44,323 nt of DNA from a virus, in the IMG/VR virus record IMGVR_UViG_3300049927_000028, positions 1 through 44,323 of that record. One strand, given 5' to 3'. The notes beneath the pieces are model-generated. The model saw nothing but the letters and a program-made list of their open reading frames with translations. It had not been told where the DNA came from and ran no database searches. A program made the translations under genes and the position numbers. The stretch's first letter is position 1; every line of letters starts with the position of its first letter. This document shows positions 40,193-44,323 of the stretch, in pieces.

Positions 40193-43100
40193 TGCCGTTC
40201 GTACCCGACGCGGATCAATCAGCGGGACAAGCGTCCCCGCCACCAGGAGCTTCCATAGGTAAATTTGTACCGGATGTGAAACAACCGGCTATTCAACAGG
40301 CTTCTACTGGTAATTCCAATATCGATAAATTCAAAACGGATTATGCTTCTGCGGCGGCTAAAGCAGGGAAAGAACTCAATGTAGACCCTTCTCTTATCCT
40401 CGCTCAATGGGGGCATGAAACTGGTTGGGGGAAGAGTATTATCCCCGGCACCAATAACCTCGGAAATATAAAAGGAAAAGGTGGTGTAGAAGCTACCGAT
40501 AACCAACTGGGTACAAAAGATACTTATGCGAAGTATAAAGATAACGAAGAATTCGTGAATAAGTATGTTGATTTAATTAAGTCTAGATATCCGTCCGCAA
40601 TGGGAGCAGGGAAGGATGCGGGGAAATTTACGTCCGGATTAAAAGGGTACGCGGAAGATAAGGAATATGCTAAGAAGGTATCGGCAGCTGCGGGTAGGGT
40701 AGGAGAGGTCTCGCAAGCAGAGGAATTGAAATCCCAAGATACCACTAAAAAAACAGCACCTTCCGGGCCTATAGTAGATGGGGGAGAGAAAAAACCGGAT
40801 GGGATGCTGATAGCCACTGCAAAGAATCTAGTTGCCGGAGCGGATATCATAGCCAGTACTCCGGGGGCTATGTTAGGTCCACTCGCCTCCGCTACAGGCC
40901 GCTGGGTAGCTATCGCTCAAGGCGCTCAAGGGGAAGATATATCTAAATTCGGTTCTGAGTTTGGCAATAAGATATCCGAGAATTTATCCAGTCCAATACA
41001 CAAGATGTTAGATGTGTTGGGAGTGGATTTTAGTTACACCGAATCGGGCGTGTCGAAAGCAATGGGTAAGGTGTCTGAAGCTGTAGGTAAAGGGGCGGAA
41101 TATGTACAGAAGAAATCGGGCGGAGTGCTGACGAAAGAAGATGCCCAAGACTTAACTAATGCGGTCGCATTATTGGCTGCCCCCGCTAGTATTAATATGG
41201 CCTCGAAGGCCCTGCTTGGAGCAGGGAGGGCTGCGAAAGCAATCGGAACAGCAGGGAAGCCGGTTGAAGAAGCAGTTCTCAGGGAAGTCGATAGCGGAGC
41301 GCCCTCTGCCCCAGCAGCAAAATCTACTCCAGTTTCTCTAGCCAAGCAGCACATAGAAGAGACTACGGGCATTAGTAAGATGAAAGAAGAGACTCCGCAG
41401 TATAAAGAGCAGCGCAGGGCAGATGCTAGAGCCGCCTTCCCGGAAGACCCTCAATACGCCGAGTATTTAAAATCTCACTCCGATATGGCCGCCGTAGCGA
41501 AAGATACCCCTAATGTAGTGGGGATGCAGAAAATTGAACTTCAAGAAGCAGGAAAAGCAGCACGGGGGGAGGTGGTTGAAAAACCCGTCGTCACCTATCA
41601 AGATGCGTTACCAATACTAAAGAAGCCCGGATTCGAACGTACAGCAGAAGACTTGATTAAGCTGAAAGCATTCAATAGTCAAAGAGGTTCCGTAGAACCC
41701 GAAATGCTAGCTAAGATGGCGACTATTGGAATTGGCGTTACTGCGGGACTAGCCCTTGACCCTGACCATAAATTAGAAGGCGCGTTACTCGGGGCAGCAG
41801 GAGGTTATGCAGTAGCAAAGATCGGGTTTAAAGCAGGGGATTCGGTAAAGACGGTGAAAGAATTCTTCGGGCCGGATAAACGGATTCGCATAAATGATTT
41901 CGCTGATCATTGGGAATCCTCAATTGGGAAAGCTAGCCGATCTATTTATCAAGACGTGTCTAAGGTTATGGATAAGGCGAAGACCCCTGAGAGCCGGACT
42001 AAGATAACTAATTGGATTCAAGGGGATAAGTCCATCAAGCTGACGGAGGCAGAATACCAAGCAGCGAAAGATGGTCGGGAGTTCTTTAATAATATGGGGA
42101 AGGAAGGGTTAGCTTCCGGAGTTCTTACGCATTTAATCCCAGATTATGTAACTAACCTATGGGATTTAGAAGGTTCCAATAAAGCAGTCTGGACAAAGAC
42201 TACTTCTAATATGTCACCGAAGTCTAAGTTCGACCTGCAAAGAAAAATATCCTCGTTAAAAGAAGGTAAGGAAATGGGGTTGAAGCCTGTAACAGAAGAC
42301 CTTGCAGTGATTATGGGTATGTATGGAAATTCTCTTTCCAGAACTATGGCGAATAAGCAATTGATTGATACGTTAAAATCCACAAAAGTGGGGGAGAATT
42401 CCCTTTTAGCCTCTTCGGGGGAAGCTCCTAAGAATTATGTTCCGGTTGACCACCCGCAATTGCAAGGGCAAATGGTTCATCCTGACATTGCTAAGTCAAT
42501 GCAGTTTATGTTTTCCCGTAAAGCGCCTCATGGAATTATCGCTGGGTTGGAGGGGGTGAATACGGCAGTGAAAAGATTGAATGTATCTCTTTCATTATTC
42601 CATGCTAAGTCTTTGGCGGATGCTTTTGTAGGAGCTGGTGGAAATCCTTTACGTATCCCCGGAATGGCAACCGGAGCGAATAAGTTCCTCAAACAAATAC
42701 GCGAGGGCGGTGCGGGGGATATCGTGGATAAGGCATATGAAGGGGGATTAATGTTCACTCTCCCGAAAGGGGGTTTAGCGGTTGAAGATGTTGGAGGGTC
42801 TTTCTATAAGACCATGGAGGGTTTGCATAAAATATCCAACGATATAGTTCCCGGATTAGGGGTTTTAGTTAAGGGGTTTGAACACCTTAACCATGCAGTG
42901 GACACTATTATGTGGGAACGCCTTCACGCAGGGATGAAATTAAATATTTTTTCCGATTCTTTTGAGAAGTTAAAGCAGAATAATATAGATGCTAATGCAA
43001 AGGATTCCACAGTCCCCCTGAAAACTGACAAACAATTATCAGGGATAGCTGCAAGCTATGCTAACGATCTTTTTGGGGGTTTGAATTGGAGACGGGCGGC

Positions 43101-43776
43101 GGAAGAAACCAAGACAGTTTTCGCGCGGGATATTGCTCTAAGTATAGCAAGCCCGACAGGCCGCCGGGCAATGCAAATGTTAATGTTCGCCCCAGATTGG
43201 ACAATATCAACTACCCGAGCCGCGGTGAAAGCATTCGGGAAAGGATCGGGATTGAAGGGGCTAATTAAACCGCAAGAATTAGCGGATCTACACAGACAGT
43301 ATTTATTGAGAAGCGCCGCCTATTACTTCACTGTAGGTAATGCTTTGAACTATGCTCTATCGGGGCATTCTATATTACAGAATAAAGATAAGACTCAATT
43401 AGAACTTGGTGATGGTAGGACTATACAATTCTCCAAGCACATGATGGAGCCGGTGCACTGGATTACAAAGCCGGGTCAACAAGCATTGAATAAACTAGGC
43501 GCTTTCCCTCAAGAAGCAATCGAACAAGCGTCGAATACGGAGTATTTATCTACTAAGGGTTCCCCCCCTATGGCTCCCGGGGTATCCGGTCATGCGCGGC
43601 ATATGTTAAAGAAATTAGTGCCTATTGTTGCACAAGGGAGAGATTTACAATCTAACGTTGCCGGATTCGCCGGATTCCCAATAAGCGGCCGCACAGAAGA
43701 TCAGAAAGAAGAAGATAAAGAAACTGCACGGGAACAACGCCGAAAACTCAAGGAAGAAAAAGAGGACAGCGAATGA
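40192..43776 (+). CDS. Large internal virion / ejection protein with an N-terminal FlgJ-like glucosaminidase (peptidoglycan hydrolase) domain
   Basis: ATG at 40192 forms TAATG with the upstream stop. LILAQWGHETGWGKS...NNLGNIKG...YAKYKDNEEFVNKYVDLIKSRY. 1194 aa from this ATG. Confidence 0.85.
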   Translation: MPFVPDADQSAGQASPPPGASIGKFVPDVKQPAIQQASTGNSNIDKFKTDYASAAAKAGKELNVDPSLILAQWGHETGWGKSIIPGTNNLGNIKGKGGVEATDNQLGTKDTYAKYKDNEEFVNKYVDLIKSRYPSAMGAGKDAGKFTSGLKGYAEDKEYAKKVSAAAGRVGEVSQAEELKSQDTTKKTAPSGPIVDGGEKKPDGMLIATAKNLVAGADIIASTPGAMLGPLASATGRWVAIAQGAQGEDISKFGSEFGNKISENLSSPIHKMLDVLGVDFSYTESGVSKAMGKVSEAVGKGAEYVQKKSGGVLTKEDAQDLTNAVALLAAPASINMASKALLGAGRAAKAIGTAGKPVEEAVLREVDSGAPSAPAAKSTPVSLAKQHIEETTGISKMKEETPQYKEQRRADARAAFPEDPQYAEYLKSHSDMAAVAKDTPNVVGMQKIELQEAGKAARGEVVEKPVVTYQDALPILKKPGFERTAEDLIKLKAFNSQRGSVEPEMLAKMATIGIGVTAGLALDPDHKLEGALLGAAGGYAVAKIGFKAGDSVKTVKEFFGPDKRIRINDFADHWESSIGKASRSIYQDVSKVMDKAKTPESRTKITNWIQGDKSIKLTEAEYQAAKDGREFFNNMGKEGLASGVLTHLIPDYVTNLWDLEGSNKAVWTKTTSNMSPKSKFDLQRKISSLKEGKEMGLKPVTEDLAVIMGMYGNSLSRTMANKQLIDTLKSTKVGENSLLASSGEAPKNYVPVDHPQLQGQMVHPDIAKSMQFMFSRKAPHGIIAGLEGVNTAVKRLNVSLSLFHAKSLADAFVGAGGNPLRIPGMATGANKFLKQIREGGAGDIVDKAYEGGLMFTLPKGGLAVEDVGGSFYKTMEGLHKISNDIVPGLGVLVKGFEHLNHAVDTIMWERLHAGMKLNIFSDSFEKLKQNNIDANAKDSTVPLKTDKQLSGIAASYANDLFGGLNWRRAAEETKTVFARDIALSIASPTGRRAMQMLMFAPDWTISTTRAAVKAFGKGSGLKGLIKPQELADLHRQYLLRSAAYYFTVGNALNYALSGHSILQNKDKTQLELGDGRTIQFSKHMMEPVHWITKPGQQALNKLGAFPQEAIEQASNTEYLSTKGSPPMAPGVSGHARHMLKKLVPIVAQGRDLQSNVAGFAGFPISGRTEDQKEEDKETAREQRRKLKEEKEDSE

Positions 43777-44323
43777 ATATCTTAATGATCGATCAATACG
43801 GAATTCTCGTATCCCAAGCCCTCGATGCGATTGCCGACGGGCATAAGGTTAAATCTTGGATGCCGAGGACAAAATTCCAGAAGCCCTCGAAAATCGGAGA
43901 TGGAATGGTGGATAAAGTCCGTGATTGGCATTCCCATATTCACTGGGCGGATTTGATTATTACCGCAACGAATCAGAAGTATATGAGGGAAATAACCCCC
44001 CTATTCACTAAAGGGTATCCAGTGTTTGGATGTAACCCGAAAGCAGCGGAGTTGGAACTTGATCGTGGGCATGGGCAGGAGATATGCTCGGCTTATGGGA
44101 TTGATACCCTTCCATATGAACTATTCTCTTCTTATGACGACGCGGCGGCGTACGTTAAAAAAACTATGGGAACGTATGTCTGCAAACCATGGGGAGGTGC
44201 GGACGATAAGGGATTGAGTTATGTTTCGGGGTCTCCTGAAGACATGATTTGGAAACTCGGTAAATGGAAAGAAGGCGGGAAGCTTCGCGGTCAGATTATG
44301 ATCCAGAAACGTATTAAAGGGAT
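43773..44323 (+). CDS. PurD-like ATP-grasp ligase, N-terminal part (runs off the window end; continues at 3..896)
   Basis: ATGA overlap with the ejection-protein stop. MNILMIDQYG... N-domain and VCKPWGGADDKG ATP-grasp loop. No stop before the window end. Confidence 0.85.
   Translation, partial: MNILMIDQYGILVSQALDAIADGHKVKSWMPRTKFQKPSKIGDGMVDKVRDWHSHIHWADLIITATNQKYMREITPLFTKGYPVFGCNPKAAELELDRGHGQEICSAYGIDTLPYELFSSYDDAAAYVKKTMGTYVCKPWGGADDKGLSYVSGSPEDMIWKLGKWKEGGKLRGQIMIQKRIKG
44197..44323. repeat. Right copy of the exact 127-bp terminal overlap
   Basis: Identical to 1-127 by direct reading. Confidence 0.95.

Noticed and set aside
44197-44323. The 127-bp repeat as a biological direct terminal repeat marking the physical genome ends
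   Set aside because: It falls in the middle of a conserved-looking coding sequence, and its length equals a common assembler k-mer. An assembly overlap is more likely, but read data are needed to be sure.
1-44323. tRNA, rRNA and CRISPR arrays, and integrase or lysogeny, RNA polymerase and DGR reverse-transcriptase genes
   Set aside because: I scanned the intergenic gaps and ORF translations by eye. I saw no cloverleaf-like segments, no repeat-spacer arrays and no recombinase, RNAP or RT motifs. A tRNAscan or HMM run is still needed, because visual screening can miss tRNAs.

Overview
The window is one complete, circularly closed phage genome. Bases 1-127 are identical to 44197-44323 and lie inside a single reading frame, giving a unit length of 44,196 bp. 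Two divergent transcription units leave a ~0.7-kb non-coding control region (about 20.62-21.34 kb) and converge on a hairpin terminator at about 3.67 kb. The rightward (late) unit runs from 21340 through the window end, wraps round and stops at 3611. In order it encodes: a terS-like HTH protein, two small ORFs, terL, an HNH-AP2 endonuclease and a portal with a long helical C-terminus. Next come a cupin, a GroES-like co-chaperonin, a scaffold-like protein, two unknowns and an HK97-type major capsid protein. After a hairpin lie an Endonuclease-VII-type HNH, a beta-helix protein, three unknowns and P22 gp4-like and gp10-like tail-hub proteins. The unit ends with a collagen-repeat fibre, a GNAT-like protein, three ejection-type proteins (the last 1194 aa with a FlgJ-like glucosaminidase domain), a PurD-like ATP-grasp ligase, a Zn-ribbon protein, a tail fibre with a C1q-like tip, a GH24 endolysin and a GTA-type 3-TM holin. 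The leftward (early) unit runs from 20621 down to 3693 and holds about 50 short ORFs, most joined by ATGA or TAATG start/stop overlaps. I found about 10 of these by hand below the 60-aa cut-off of the ORF track. Recognisable products here are two HTH proteins, an RHH protein, an outer-membrane beta-barrel protein, a Cas4-like exonuclease, a Sak4/AAA_24-type ATPase and an HTH-metallophosphoesterase fusion. The unit also encodes an SSB-like protein, an Asp/Asn-hydroxylase-like cupin, a UDG-like::PolA fusion, a DUF3987-like helicase and a tandem zinc-ribbon protein. By eye I see no tRNA, rRNA, CRISPR array, integrase, RNA polymerase or primase. All family assignments come from motif recognition by reading and need HMM or structure searches to confirm. 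The items most worth a second look are the ATP-grasp ligase, GNAT and cupin/GroES genes embedded in the virion operon, the C-rich repeat-laden non-coding block upstream of terS, the outer-membrane-protein cassette, the operator-like repeats around the early promoters, and the many unannotated membrane microproteins.
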